IMG/VR virus record: IMGVR_UViG_3300012007_000013
Location: 1-64,000 of that record
Reading direction: 5' to 3' (one strand)
From: a virus
Taxonomy: Duplodnaviria > Caudoviricetes
Length of the DNA stretch: 64,000 nt
The notes beneath the pieces were generated by a model, which was given only the letters and a program-made list of their open reading frames with translations, made no database searches and was not told where the DNA came from. Position numbers and translations under genes: made by a program. Within the stretch, counting starts at the first letter, position 1; each line of letters starts with the position of its first letter. Below, in pieces: positions 1-9,210 of this stretch.

Positions 1-110
1 ATAAAATTTTTGAATTTAATTTTTTTATTTTTTGATTTGTTGTTTAGAATTTTTATTTTATTTTTTATTTTTTTAAGATTTTGGTTTGAAATTTGGGGTC
101 TTGAATGAAC
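1..110. other. T-rich low-complexity non-coding tract
   Basis: Almost only T/A on the + strand with no ORF; lies upstream of the RepL-like gene. Confidence 0.6.
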
Positions 111-549
111 TTTTGTGTTTTGTGTGTGTGTTGGGAATAGATGTGAGGGATATTATTCGATTTTTGGCATATTTTATGCCCTTCTTGCGCGATTTCTTTC
201 CTTTTAGGTATATTTCCTTGTCTTGGGTCGAGAAAGTGGCTTAAAACGGCTGATTTTTGGTTTTGAGTTAAACAACAGTCATAGATATTGGAAAATCCGT
301 CTGTATTCTGCCGGTTTTGGGGTGTGATAAAATGGGTGTGTATATAGTATAAATGGGATTGCGGACGAAAATCACACCTAATTGCGTGGTTTTCTGTGTA
401 TAATGTGGTGGATTTTGCGTTTTTGACATTAATGTAGCCTGTTAATGAGAGGTTAACAGTGTATTAACGGGAGATAAACAGATGCGGTTAATAAATGCAC
501 TGTCGGGTGAGTGTTTTCAGGATATTAATTTGCGTTCACAAAAAATTAA

Positions 550-579
550 TTTGGCTTTAATAAAAAAATCGTATATTTG
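550..579 (+). promoter_or_regulatory. Bacteroidota sigma70-type promoter
   Basis: TTTG(550-553)-N18-TATATTTG(572-579) upstream of ORF 616. Confidence 0.7.
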
Positions 580-615
580 CATAGAGAAATAGTTTAATTA
601 AAACCGCTTAAATGT

Positions 616-1173
616 ATGAAAGATAGCAAGATACTAAAAGACGTAAGGTATAAAAAAGTGGTGGATGAGCGGACTGGTGTGATGACGAAACTGCACGGAT
701 GGCAGCGTGTGCATTCGGAGTTTGAGTTTTTCACGATGTACCTTCGCCCGTGGCTTGGGTTGCGTGATGACGATGTCAGCAGGAAGATAAAGGTGTTTGT
801 GTATTGCATACTTGTGTCGAATGTGAGCAACGGGAAGACAGACGAGACGGATGGGAATTACTTCCATACGAGCGATGTCATAGACAAATACATAAAGGAG
901 AATTTCAAGCCCGACCCGGAAGATTCCGACGCCGATGTTGTAAAGAAGCGCAAGGCGATGGAGAACTACGTGAGGGTTTATCTGTCGAAACTCGTGAAGG
1001 AGGAGTTCATTGTCAAGGAGGGGACGAGGGGACGCTACCATATCAACCCAAAATTCGGGATAAAGGGCGGCGCAGTTACGGAGGAGACATACAAGGTACT
1101 GACGGTTGTGAAGGGTAATGATGATAAGCGCATCAAGCCCAATGACAAATTCGAGAAAGGGGGTGCCGAATGA
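616..1173 (+). CDS. RepL-like winged-helix replication/DNA-binding protein
   Basis: KVVDERTGV at the N-terminus and LSKLVKEEFI...GRYHINPKFGIKG at the C-terminus resemble plasmid RepL-type proteins. Confidence 0.5.
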   Translation: MKDSKILKDVRYKKVVDERTGVMTKLHGWQRVHSEFEFFTMYLRPWLGLRDDDVSRKIKVFVYCILVSNVSNGKTDETDGNYFHTSDVIDKYIKENFKPDPEDSDADVVKKRKAMENYVRVYLSKLVKEEFIVKEGTRGRYHINPKFGIKGGAVTEETYKVLTVVKGNDDKRIKPNDKFEKGGAE

Positions 1174-1406
1174 ATATTCTCGACTGGCTCCGTGCATCGA
1201 ACCGATGGAAGCACCTCCTCGGCGGCTTCCTTCTTGGGATGTTCCTCACCGTCATATCACCTATAACCGCCGCAGGATGCCTCGAGTTCAAGGATGTTCA
1301 GTGGGGCGGGAAGTGGAGTTGGGCTGACTTTTTGCTAACTTGCCTTGGGGGCTTGGTTGGCGGTGTGATAAACGCCTTGGTTTTGTGGTTGTTGCTGTGT
1401 CGCTGA
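1170..1406 (+). CDS. Small membrane protein
   Basis: Hydrophobic Gly-rich segments, NRWKHLLGG and WSWADFLLT motifs; ATGA coupling to the previous ORF. Confidence 0.7.
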   Translation: MNILDWLRASNRWKHLLGGFLLGMFLTVISPITAAGCLEFKDVQWGGKWSWADFLLTCLGGLVGGVINALVLWLLLCR

Positions 1407-1435
1407 AAAAAATCTTAAATTTTTCTCAAAATAAT

Positions 1436-1466
1436 TTTGCCAATTAAAACATTCTTTGTATCTTTG
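1436..1466 (+). promoter_or_regulatory. Bacteroidota sigma70-type promoter
   Basis: TTTG(1436-1439)-N19-TATCTTTG(1459-1466). Confidence 0.75.
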
Positions 1467-1490
1467 CAGTGTGAAACAAAGGCAAGATAT

Positions 1491-1751
1491 ATGGATAAAG
1501 AACTGAATATCAATGCAGACAAGTATTTGCAGAGGAAAGACAAGGGATGTCATCGTAAGAAATACAAGCACGACGACGCCCGAATTGGGATGTACAACTA
1601 CGCGGGAGTGCTCGAGATGGAGTTTGAGAACCTGACTGATGCTGTTGAGAACAATCCTGTTGGTGCCACGTACAAGGGCATCTTGGCGTGTGTGAAGCAC
1701 GAGATAAAGAAGCACGCGGGGAAGATATGGCGTAAGGAGGGCGAGGAATGA
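1491..1751 (+). CDS. Stand-alone NUMOD1/IENR1-like DNA-binding domain protein
   Basis: IGMYNYAGVLEMEFENLTDAVE...ILACVKHEIKKHAGKIWR parallels the NUMOD1 repeats in this window's HNH proteins; ATG chosen downstream of the promoter. Confidence 0.55.
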   Translation: MDKELNINADKYLQRKDKGCHRKKYKHDDARIGMYNYAGVLEMEFENLTDAVENNPVGATYKGILACVKHEIKKHAGKIWRKEGEE

Positions 1752-1897
1752 GTGTAGTCAAGTATCTTTGCGAGTTCTTTTTCTGCAACTTCTGGCATTT
1801 TCTTGGGCTTTGCTTGATGCTCGTGCTGCTGTGCCCGTGGAACTGCATTACCATCAACAAGCCTGACGACGAGAAAGAGAAAGGAGACAAAAAATGA
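1748..1897 (+). CDS. 49-aa membrane peptide
   Basis: Manual translation MSVVKYLCEFFFCNFWHFLGLCLMLVLLCPW...; ATGA overlaps on both sides. Confidence 0.6.
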   Translation: MSVVKYLCEFFFCNFWHFLGLCLMLVLLCPWNCITINKPDDEKEKGDKK

Positions 1898-2121
1898 AGA
1901 ATGAGATACTTACGAACGAATGGACTCGAGCAGACGTGAAGAAGCCTTTGCGTGGCAGGGAAGTGCTTGTGGCATTTGCCGACGGCTCGAAGCGGACGCT
2001 TGTGTGGAATAGCTACTATTGGTGCGACCCGAAGACGAAGGTCCGTCAGATGTATCACGAGGGGGCAGAGCCGAAGTGGTGGTATATGTTTGAGAAATTT
2101 GAGATAGATGGACGGCATTGA
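1894..2121 (+). CDS. Hypothetical phage protein
   Basis: Coupled ORF in the early operon. Confidence 0.6.
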   Translation: MKNEILTNEWTRADVKKPLRGREVLVAFADGSKRTLVWNSYYWCDPKTKVRQMYHEGAEPKWWYMFEKFEIDGRH

Positions 2122-2275
2122 ATGCAGGGAGTATGTCGAGTGGCTGTGCTCCCACTGCGACGAGGCAAATGCAAGGAAATGCGCGAGTTACACGCCGCCT
2201 GTTAAAGTAAAGGATGAAGTTAAACCAAAGGTTGAAGTAAAGGAATATAAACAATTAAAACTCTTTGAGTTATGA
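2108..2275 (+). CDS. Small Cys-containing hypothetical protein
   Basis: Manual ORF MDGIECREYVEWLCSHCDEANARKC...KQLKLFEL; overlaps both neighbours. Confidence 0.5.
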   Translation: MDGIECREYVEWLCSHCDEANARKCASYTPPVKVKDEVKPKVEVKEYKQLKLFEL

Positions 2276-2574
2276 CAACAACGGAAGAAAAACTTGAACG
2301 TCAAATAGAGTTGGTGAAGAAATTCTATCCTAACAGGGAATCGTTGTGGGCTTTTTTCAGCACCATGAAAAGCAATGATTTTATACTTGATTGCAAGAAA
2401 GATTCCCTCATTAACAAAAGGGTGCAGGCGTATCTTGGTGACAAGGAGTATTCATGTGATGAGTGGCTGTATATATGGGATTTGTTTGTTATGATAAAGT
2501 ACGTTTCGACACACGGTTGCGCGTCAGAGAAAGAAAAGTTTCACGAATTTGAAAAACAATTCATAAATCTTTGA
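2272..2574 (+). CDS. Hypothetical protein
   Basis: Coupled ORF. Confidence 0.6.
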   Translation: MTTTEEKLERQIELVKKFYPNRESLWAFFSTMKSNDFILDCKKDSLINKRVQAYLGDKEYSCDEWLYIWDLFVMIKYVSTHGCASEKEKFHEFEKQFINL

Positions 2575-2577
2575 GTT

Positions 2578-2928
2578 ATGAACAATAAAATCTATATCAG
2601 CGGTCCGATAACAGGGCACAAGGACTGGCGCAGGAGATTCACGGAAGCCGTGATTCGCGTGTCACAGCCTGAGTTTTTTGACCGTTACGGGACTGCGGAG
2701 ATGTCCGAGAGGTACGGGGTGTTCCGTTTCAACACGGTGAGTGCGCTTTCCTATGGACGTGACGACAAGTCGTGGCGGTGGAATATGCGTAAATCCGTCT
2801 GGAAGATGCTATGGTGTTCAACGGTCTACTTTTTGAGGGGGTGGCATAAGAGCAGGGGCGCGAGAATCGAGTTCCGTATTGCGGAGATGCTCGGGAAGCG
2901 GATAATCTTCGAGGAGGACAAGAGATGA
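2578..2928 (+). CDS. DUF4406-like (nucleoside deoxyribosyltransferase-fold) protein
   Basis: KIYISGPITG and GWHKSRGARIEFRIA motifs. Confidence 0.7.
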   Translation: MNNKIYISGPITGHKDWRRRFTEAVIRVSQPEFFDRYGTAEMSERYGVFRFNTVSALSYGRDDKSWRWNMRKSVWKMLWCSTVYFLRGWHKSRGARIEFRIAEMLGKRIIFEEDKR

Positions 2929-3155
2929 TTCTCGGAGTCTGCTTGTTTGTATATTTAATCGGTGTGGGCGCGTCGGCAATGGCTATGGCGGACAACCTTA
3001 TCGACTTGAATCCGCTGACATTTTTTGTCGCGTTTTGCCCTGTGCTTCACTGGGTCGTCGTCGTCAAATTTTTTCGCAGGAGCGTCCGTAAAGGAGTTTT
3101 TCGCGAATGGATTAACGAATACAAAAAGATATGGAAGAAGGAGGACTGCAAATGA
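2925..3155 (+). CDS. Small membrane protein
   Basis: Two hydrophobic segments followed by a basic tail. Confidence 0.6.
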   Translation: MILGVCLFVYLIGVGASAMAMADNLIDLNPLTFFVAFCPVLHWVVVVKFFRRSVRKGVFREWINEYKKIWKKEDCK

Positions 3156-3643
3156 CTATAAAGAACTGGATTGAGCAGTTGTCTCGTTCGGGCATGGTGT
3201 GTCCGGACTATATGCGTAAACTCTCCGCCGTGGAGACGAAGGAGGACATGTTCCGTGTTCTGTGCGACGCCAACGGCGGTCAGTGGATTTTCGACATTCA
3301 CTCCAAAGGTATTCCGCTGCCTGTTGATAACTTCTGCAAGGAGTTTGCGAACTATTTGAACGGGACGCGCATCGTTGAGTACCCGCAGGGATACACGTCG
3401 AAGTTCTACTGCCGCAGCACTGAGCCGGACATCGACGCGGACACGACGCTTGTCTATCTGCTCGAGTGCATGGACATGGAGGTCTACGTCCCGAAGAACA
3501 AATACCCGAGCGTCATTCTTTCGGACGGCAGTCAGGCGGATGTCGTGCTTGGAGAAGGGGCGCGTGCCAACATAGAGTTGTACGGCGACGCCCGCGTGAA
3601 CCTTGTGGGAGACACTACAAAATGCAGGATAACGAAACATTAA
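3152..3643 (+). CDS. Hypothetical phage protein
   Basis: ATGA-coupled start; beta-rich C-terminus. Confidence 0.65.
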   Translation: MTIKNWIEQLSRSGMVCPDYMRKLSAVETKEDMFRVLCDANGGQWIFDIHSKGIPLPVDNFCKEFANYLNGTRIVEYPQGYTSKFYCRSTEPDIDADTTLVYLLECMDMEVYVPKNKYPSVILSDGSQADVVLGEGARANIELYGDARVNLVGDTTKCRITKH

Positions 3644-3647
3644 CAGT

Positions 3648-3878
3648 ATGAAATACAGGATAAAGAAACGCTTTGACGAGCATACGAAAACGGACGTCTA
3701 TGCTGTCGAGACCCTTTTTGGAGGAGTATGGAAGCAGGTTGTAGGTATTCTACCCAATGGTTTCGGCGATGCCGTGTTCCCGACGATGGAAGAGGCGAAG
3801 CGGTATATCGTCTACCTCGGCGGAGCGTATGGTGCCGACGCTGACTTCAAAATAGTATGGGGGAGCGACGATGACTGA
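3648..3878 (+). CDS. Hypothetical protein
   Basis: MKYRIKK-type small phage ORF. Confidence 0.6.
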   Translation: MKYRIKKRFDEHTKTDVYAVETLFGGVWKQVVGILPNGFGDAVFPTMEEAKRYIVYLGGAYGADADFKIVWGSDDD

Positions 3879-4290
3879 TGAACTGGACTACAACGCACTG
3901 ACCTCCTACGGCGACGACGAGCGTGAACAGTCGGGCATCGGCTCCGTCAAGGTGTACGACGGCAACTCATGGTACATCACCGTGGAGTTGTCGAACATTC
4001 ACGCGTCGTTCCTTGCCGATGTGGAAGACCCAGATACGGGCGAGCCGGTGAAAAGCCTTGTGATACCGATACGGAAGAGCGGGGTGACGCTCACTCCGAA
4101 ACGACGCGTCCTCGCAGTATACAAGGCGCAGATGGCGCAACTGGCAACGAGCCGATATACACATCTTCTCACGAGGATAATAGACCGGGACGTGCTGAAC
4201 AATATGCGGAGGCTCGGCTTCAAACAAAATTTTGAAGGGTTTATGAGACCTACATCGCTGAAAACCAAGAAGAAAGGATATACCAAATGA
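3871..4290 (+). CDS. Hypothetical protein, possible paralog of 47686..48045
   Basis: ITVELSNI...VEDPDTGEPVKSLVIPI resembles GKIVLNSL...EVEEDGAVEKGIFIPF. Confidence 0.6.
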   Translation: MTDELDYNALTSYGDDEREQSGIGSVKVYDGNSWYITVELSNIHASFLADVEDPDTGEPVKSLVIPIRKSGVTLTPKRRVLAVYKAQMAQLATSRYTHLLTRIIDRDVLNNMRRLGFKQNFEGFMRPTSLKTKKKGYTK

Positions 4291-4529
4291 AAAAACTGAT
4301 ATTGGCGGTTGCGCTATTGGCATTCGTTGGATGTGATAATCCAGAACAGATGAAAGAGGAGCATCAGTATTTTGGAATAGTGGAAGAGTCATCTAGATGG
4401 CGTGTAGTGTACGACCGTAGGACGAAAGTTATGTATGTATACCCTCATGGCTACAATACTACAGGCACTTTTACTGTCCTTGTTGACGCTGATGGCAAAC
4501 CGTTATTATGGAAGGGAACGATAGAATGA
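4287..4529 (+). CDS. Small lipoprotein
   Basis: Signal peptide with lipobox LAFVGC; YDRRTKVMY...LVDADGKPLLW. Confidence 0.7.
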   Translation: MKKLILAVALLAFVGCDNPEQMKEEHQYFGIVEESSRWRVVYDRRTKVMYVYPHGYNTTGTFTVLVDADGKPLLWKGTIE

Positions 4530-4735
4530 AACCGTTCATCTGCGAACACACCTGCGAATACTGCGTTGCGGAGGGCTGCGAGGAAAGGCGAAATCTGCCT
4601 ATCGGCACTCATGCCAACACATTCCCTGTACAAGACTGCGACAACGTGAATGTGATTGTGCGTACCAACGAGATACCCGTAATCGGTATAGATAAAATTT
4701 TCATCGGAAACCAAGTAATAGATAGAACTGTATGA
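4526..4735 (+). CDS. Cys-rich hypothetical protein
   Basis: CEHTCEYC...C; coupled start. Confidence 0.5.
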   Translation: MKPFICEHTCEYCVAEGCEERRNLPIGTHANTFPVQDCDNVNVIVRTNEIPVIGIDKIFIGNQVIDRTV

Positions 4736-4962
4736 AAACAAGAAAATTAGGAGAAGTGTTCCAACACCCAACACTGGGCACACTGAAAGTTGTCGAGTCG
4801 GCGATGCCGAACGACTGCAACGGCTGCGTCTTTCTGTCGGCGACGAACCCATACTGCCGTAACGACGTCGACAAGATACATTCTGGTCAGTGCGCAATAG
4901 AGAATCGTGAGGACAACCACGATGTAATTTTCATTAAAGCGAAAGGAGAAACAAATGATTGA
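4732..4962 (+). CDS. Cys-containing hypothetical protein
   Basis: CNGCVF...C...C...REDNHDVIF pattern. Confidence 0.6.
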   Translation: MKTRKLGEVFQHPTLGTLKVVESAMPNDCNGCVFLSATNPYCRNDVDKIHSGQCAIENREDNHDVIFIKAKGETND

Positions 4963-5188
4963 GAATCCGCAAATAGGCACCCTATACTATATTCTTGAAG
5001 GCAGCGAATTGCTTTGTGTGGAAATCGTGAGGTGCAAGGGAAACGTATACCTCGCGTCAAGCATCACAGGCACTGCGATTTTTATACTCGAGAAGAGCGA
5101 GTTATTTGAGACCATAGACGACGCTCTCGACTACTGCAACAGGCTAATAGAATTAAGGGACACTTATAAAAAGACACATCATGATTAA
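4955..5188 (+). CDS. Hypothetical protein
   Basis: Coupled ORF. Confidence 0.55.
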   Translation: MIENPQIGTLYYILEGSELLCVEIVRCKGNVYLASSITGTAIFILEKSELFETIDDALDYCNRLIELRDTYKKTHHD

Positions 5189-5549
5189 AACAGACGAGAC
5201 GGGACGCAGTTTCCTGTCATACGAAAGCACGGGCAGGATAGCCCGCATACCTATGGAGCGCAGAGGGAAATCGGCTCGAGGCCACGAGTGGGTCTTGGGA
5301 AGCATCCTCCTCGAGGTGTTCGATGAAGAGAATCGCAGCGGCTCGGCAAGACTTGTTCTCATGACTTTCGACGAAATGCTCATCGAGCAGATGAACACCA
5401 TAGGCGTGGGCAAGGACGTGAAAGTCCGTTGGCACGTTGACGTTCGGGACAACTTCGACAACTACAAAGTGTCGCTCGTGCTCGACGAGATAGAGTTTCT
5501 GACGGAGGGCGAGAACTTCATGCTCAACAAGAAGAAAAAGGAGGAATGA
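5181..5549 (+). CDS. DUF3127-like OB-fold (SSB-like) protein
   Basis: GKSARGHEW...LMTFDE...IGVGKDVKVRWHVDVR resembles 48394..48804. Confidence 0.55.
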   Translation: MIKTDETGRSFLSYESTGRIARIPMERRGKSARGHEWVLGSILLEVFDEENRSGSARLVLMTFDEMLIEQMNTIGVGKDVKVRWHVDVRDNFDNYKVSLVLDEIEFLTEGENFMLNKKKKEE

Positions 5550-5552
5550 CCA

Positions 5553-5813
5553 ATGAAAAAGAGACAAAGAAAGAAATTCGCGTCAATGGACGCAAGCGGC
5601 GTGAAAGAGATTGCTTCCATGCAGAATCGTATCGACGACTTGGAGAACGCCTTGTGGAGACTGGCGATGATGACCGAGGGGAAAGACGATTGTCGTTCGC
5701 TTGTCAAGTTTACAGACGTAGGAAGTATTGTTGAGGTGGCTATGGAGAAGTTGTACGACTTTATAAAAAAGCATACAGATGATGCCAAAGACTCTCAACG
5801 CGATAACGCATGA
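5553..5813 (+). CDS. Hypothetical protein
   Basis: ORF in the same operon. Confidence 0.55.
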   Translation: MKKRQRKKFASMDASGVKEIASMQNRIDDLENALWRLAMMTEGKDDCRSLVKFTDVGSIVEVAMEKLYDFIKKHTDDAKDSQRDNA

Positions 5814-6144
5814 CGACTACCTCCGAGCCGAGGGTGCGCGGATGATGCTCGCAGCGTTGCAGGACTTTATCCGCAAATGGCGAGCCTCAGACGGTAATGG
5901 GAAGCCGTCGCCGGACAAAATCTCCGTAGAAGGCGAGGAATACCCGTTCTGTTATGTGGCGGGCATATCCACCGACATGATGGTTGATGGCGTGCGGAGG
6001 CTTACGGCAAGCACTTTCAACTGTGTGGACTTCATCTACGGGCAGTTTCCGGAGTATGCGTCTTTTAAGGGACACAAGGCAAAAACAAAGACAGGATATA
6101 AAATCGACAATATAGACTTCCATTACAGAAAGGAAAAACAATGA
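5779..6144 (+). CDS. Hypothetical protein
   Basis: Overlapping ORF in the operon. Confidence 0.55.
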   Translation: MMPKTLNAITHDDYLRAEGARMMLAALQDFIRKWRASDGNGKPSPDKISVEGEEYPFCYVAGISTDMMVDGVRRLTASTFNCVDFIYGQFPEYASFKGHKAKTKTGYKIDNIDFHYRKEKQ

Positions 6145-6542
6145 CTGAAAAACAAGAAGACATATGGATAGTAGACCCGTCGCAGTTCGAGGACAAATGC
6201 GTCTGCATAAGGTCAAAGACGGCGTATGTGTATATGTACCCGTTCTGTGCCGAGGTCGCAAAGACAGGTGCGAAGACGGTTACAAGGACTGGGCGCACGG
6301 TAAAGAATGTGCAGGTCAACGGAAAGGGTGCAAACGCTGTCGTGACAGGTGAACTTGACGGTGAGAGACTCACGTGGGACGCAGCAGGGCGGTACAAGGG
6401 TCCATACGTCGATGACGACAGAAACCTTTACCACTATGAAAGATATTTCTACAAGGACTGGAAGACGCACTTCGGCATGTCGAACGCGGAATGGGCTGTC
6501 AGATACGGTCGCCAACATCCTAAAGTTAAAATCCCAGAGTAA
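6141..6542 (+). CDS. Hypothetical protein
   Basis: ATGA-coupled; LTWDAAGRY motif. Confidence 0.6.
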   Translation: MTEKQEDIWIVDPSQFEDKCVCIRSKTAYVYMYPFCAEVAKTGAKTVTRTGRTVKNVQVNGKGANAVVTGELDGERLTWDAAGRYKGPYVDDDRNLYHYERYFYKDWKTHFGMSNAEWAVRYGRQHPKVKIPE

Positions 6543-6543
6543 T

Positions 6544-6750
6544 ATGAGAAAACTATTTATGAAACGCCGTATTGAAAAGGCGTGGAGAAAAAGAATGGAA
6601 GAGTACGACAAAGTGAAAATGCTTGTTTACGCTTCATACATAAGTAAAAGATTCAAAGAAGATGCTCTCAAACTTGCGACCATTTATGCTGAATATTGGA
6701 TGGTACAGCATCACGGAACTCATTGGAGAGAGAAAACAATTATGAGGTAA
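6544..6750 (+). CDS. Hypothetical protein
   Basis: ATG one base after the previous stop codon. Confidence 0.5.
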   Translation: MRKLFMKRRIEKAWRKRMEEYDKVKMLVYASYISKRFKEDALKLATIYAEYWMVQHHGTHWREKTIMR

Positions 6751-6796
6751 TGACAAATAAACACACCGCACAAACAACTAAACCTATTTGACAGAA

Positions 6797-7339
6797 ATGA
6801 GTAAAACAGACTCTTTACACTACGAACTTTGCATAGAAGGCGGGAAATGGCTCAAAAGAAGCAAGCGCAGTCCGGAACGCTGTAAGAATAAGCCGTGCCG
6901 CAAGCCTGAGTTTTGCCGTGTATGTACAAAGAACAGAATTGTTGCAGTCGAACTTGTCACAATGGCATGTGAGAGTTGCGACGTATGGGGATATGACGGA
7001 TTCAATACTACCGTCATAGAGGTTAAGGTATCTCATTCCGATTTCCTTCGTGACCAAAAGAAGGATGCAAGGAATGTGGATGTGGAGTACCAATGCGGAA
7101 ATCTGCGATGGTATCTATGTCCCGAAGGAATAATCAAACCGCAAGAACTACCCGACGGATGGGGATTGCTCTATTGGGACGGAAAGAAAATCGAGCCGGT
7201 GGTTCCTCCAGTAAGAAGGATTGGGACAATGGGCGACCTTCGTATTCTTTACGGGATAATGTTCAGAGAAGGTTTGCTTGACAAGATTTACAACTATCGA
7301 GGCGCACCTTCGACGATACATCCCAAGTCAACGGATTGA
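6797..7339 (+). CDS. PD-(D/E)XK-type nuclease-like (MmcB-like) protein
   Basis: CDVWG...VIEVKVSHSDFLRD...RWYLCPEGII...LPDGWGLL. Confidence 0.6.
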   Translation: MSKTDSLHYELCIEGGKWLKRSKRSPERCKNKPCRKPEFCRVCTKNRIVAVELVTMACESCDVWGYDGFNTTVIEVKVSHSDFLRDQKKDARNVDVEYQCGNLRWYLCPEGIIKPQELPDGWGLLYWDGKKIEPVVPPVRRIGTMGDLRILYGIMFREGLLDKIYNYRGAPSTIHPKSTD

Positions 7340-7381
7340 TAAACAACTACAAACCACAACAAGTGCTAAAGTATATACCCT

Positions 7382-7672
7382 ATGACAAAGGAAGAACAGA
7401 AACAAATCGAAAAAGAAGCCGTTGAAACTTACGGAATTGACGCACAAATGAGGATGCTCCAAGAGGAGTGCGGCGAGTTGATAGTCGCTGTCGGACACTA
7501 CCTTCGAGGCCGTAACGGTTCTCTCGCAAACCTATGCGAGGAGTTGGCTGACGTCAAAATCATGGTTGAGCAGATGGAAGTCGCGCTTGACAATCCCGCC
7601 GTTGAGGTTTGGTATAACCAAAAGTTAGAACGGCTTAAAAAGCGTCTTGCAGAACACAGAAGTATAGGATAA
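7382..7672 (+). CDS. MazG-like nucleotide pyrophosphohydrolase
   Basis: LQEECGELI...EELADVKIM. Confidence 0.8.
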   Translation: MTKEEQKQIEKEAVETYGIDAQMRMLQEECGELIVAVGHYLRGRNGSLANLCEELADVKIMVEQMEVALDNPAVEVWYNQKLERLKKRLAEHRSIG

Positions 7673-7675
7673 AAT

Positions 7676-7879
7676 ATGGACATACGAAAATATTACGACA
7701 TAAGAGAGGATATTAGTAACCTCTGTAGCGTTCAGACGAAAATTGACTGGGTATGTAGAATACTTGAAATGTACCCAAACCTATCCGGAATGAAACTGTC
7801 AGACGTAAAGCAATGGCTGTCCGACAAGGCACTGGATTATGAGGTGCGCATCCAACAGGAGATGGGCGTGAGAAAATAA
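7676..7879 (+). CDS. Hypothetical protein
   Basis: Closely spaced ORF. Confidence 0.55.
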   Translation: MDIRKYYDIREDISNLCSVQTKIDWVCRILEMYPNLSGMKLSDVKQWLSDKALDYEVRIQQEMGVRK

Positions 7880-8030
7880 TTTCTCTTTGACGAAATAAAT
7901 GTAAAACATTCTCGTTATACCATCAGAAAACAAAGCAAGGCAGTCTGCTACCTGCGTTGCGAGGAAATACGCTAATCATTAGCGGAAAGCCGTGGATTGT
8001 AGCAGGTCTGCGACTTTCATTTTTACAAAT

Positions 8031-8928
8031 ATGAGTGAACTAACAAAAAAAGTTGAACAAGCAATCAAGTTGCTTAGATTGGCAGATGCGGAAGCGGAAA
8101 ATCATGAGCCAATAATCACATTTGACGGCGACAATAGGGGGGGGGCAAGTGGTTAATAACCAACAAGTTGAAATAAGTTATAGCGGCGGAAAAGACAGCG
8201 ACGTAATCCTGCATCTTGCAGAAATGGCAGGTATAAATCACAAAGCGGTCTACAAAGCCACAACAATCGACCCAAGCGGCACCATTGCTCATGCACGAGC
8301 CAATGGAGCCGCTGTGATTTTCCCCAAGCAGACTTTCTTTCAGTTAATACAGACAAGCGGTTTCCCGACACGTCGTGCTCGTTTCTGTTGTGAAAAACTG
8401 AAAGAATATAAAGTAAACGATGTTGCTGTGCAAGGTATAAGAAAATGCGAAAGCCGAGCACGTATGGAGAGATATGGAGAACCGACAATATGCCGTATCT
8501 ATGGCTCCAAGAAGAATCATGTAAATGTATTTCTCCCAATTCTTGAATGGACGGATAATGATATAAAGGAATTTGTCGAACAAGAAAAGATACAATGTCA
8601 TCCATTATATTACGATGAGCAGGGGCACTTCCATCCAGAGCGACGTCTTGGATGTATGTGCTGCCCATTAATGTCAACAAAACGATGCAGAGCTGAATTT
8701 AAAGCAAATCCGGGATTTGTAAAAGCATGGATTCGTAATGGTAAGATATGGTGGGAAAATAGACCTAACACGAGGTCGCATGAGGTTTACGGCACAATAT
8801 ACAACCTATTTTTCTATAATGTGTTCTGTAATGATATGAATGATTACTATAGAAAAACAAATGGTCTTTTTGGAAATCTTGACTGCAAGGCATATATGGA
8901 AGATTATTTCAAAATTGATTTGCCGTGA
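8031..8928 (+). CDS. PAPS-reductase-family (PP-loop, Fe-S) protein, frameshifted at a G9 tract
   Basis: SYSGGKDS, RFCCEKLKE, GIRKCES, RLGCMCCP. The ATG at 8031 joins the 8122..8928 frame if the G9 at 8137-8145 is G8. Confidence 0.8.
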
Positions 8929-9142
8929 CGCAATAAACGGGCAGAACCGACGTTATCCAAGATGAATTGATTTGAAATCTCATACCGCCCTGTCGAGAGA
9001 TAGTGCGGTTTTTTCTTTCAAATTCCGTCCGAAAATGTGGAAACAAGTGCTGTTTTGATACCGAAATCGACTTCGGGATGATAAAAATCACAATTGAAAA
9101 TCAGCACATTATAAATTATTTTCGTGAAAATGCGAAAAAAAT

Positions 9143-9173
9143 TTTGTCGGTTTCAGAAATGTTCGTACTTTTG
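9143..9173 (+). promoter_or_regulatory. Bacteroidota sigma70-type promoter
   Basis: TTTG(9143-9146)-N19-TACTTTTG(9166-9173). Confidence 0.75.
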
Positions 9174-9210
9174 CATCGTGAACAAATCGGATAAGACATA
9201 TTATATTGAT

